A stretch of 64,000 nucleotides of DNA from Balanoglossus misakiensis. Its lineage: Eukaryota > Animalia > Hemichordata. The stretch spans positions 11,673,309-11,737,308 of the forward strand of contig CM082591.2 in NCBI GenBank assembly GCA_040954595.2, in the 5' to 3' direction. Positions 63,997-64,000 of this stretch are shown one piece after another. Within the stretch, counting starts at the first letter, position 1. Every line of letters starts with the position of its first letter. A program made the position numbers and the translations under genes. The notes under the pieces are model-generated. The model made no database searches and was not told the DNA's origin. It saw only the letters and a list, made by a program, of their open reading frames with translations.

Positions 63997-64000
63997 CTTG

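Overview
Eukaryotic, repeat-rich genomic DNA from a non-vertebrate animal; the repeat landscape suggests a marine invertebrate, but this is inference. Two spliced genes sit head-to-head around a short shared promoter at about 10.1-10.3 kb. NUP50 is on the minus strand with three coding exons visible and runs off the left edge. A PHF21A/B (BHC80)-family PHD-finger gene is on the plus strand with 12 reconstructed coding exons (10782-59984, about 463 aa). The introns hold transposon material: at least three Helentron-type non-autonomous (HINE/pearl-like) families, some with internal satellite arrays; two near-identical Kolobok-like elements; a piggyBac-like element; TIR elements with 4-, 6-, 7- and 10-bp target duplications; a decayed hAT transposase; and four truncated LINEs. 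The most interesting observation is a candidate 14-nt microexon (38785-38798) placed so that it would be mutually exclusive with the AT-hook exon of PHF21, like the vertebrate neuronal PHF21A microexon. Most ORFs in the supplied track are spurious. All calls were made by eye, and repeat boundaries are approximate unless a TSD is quoted.
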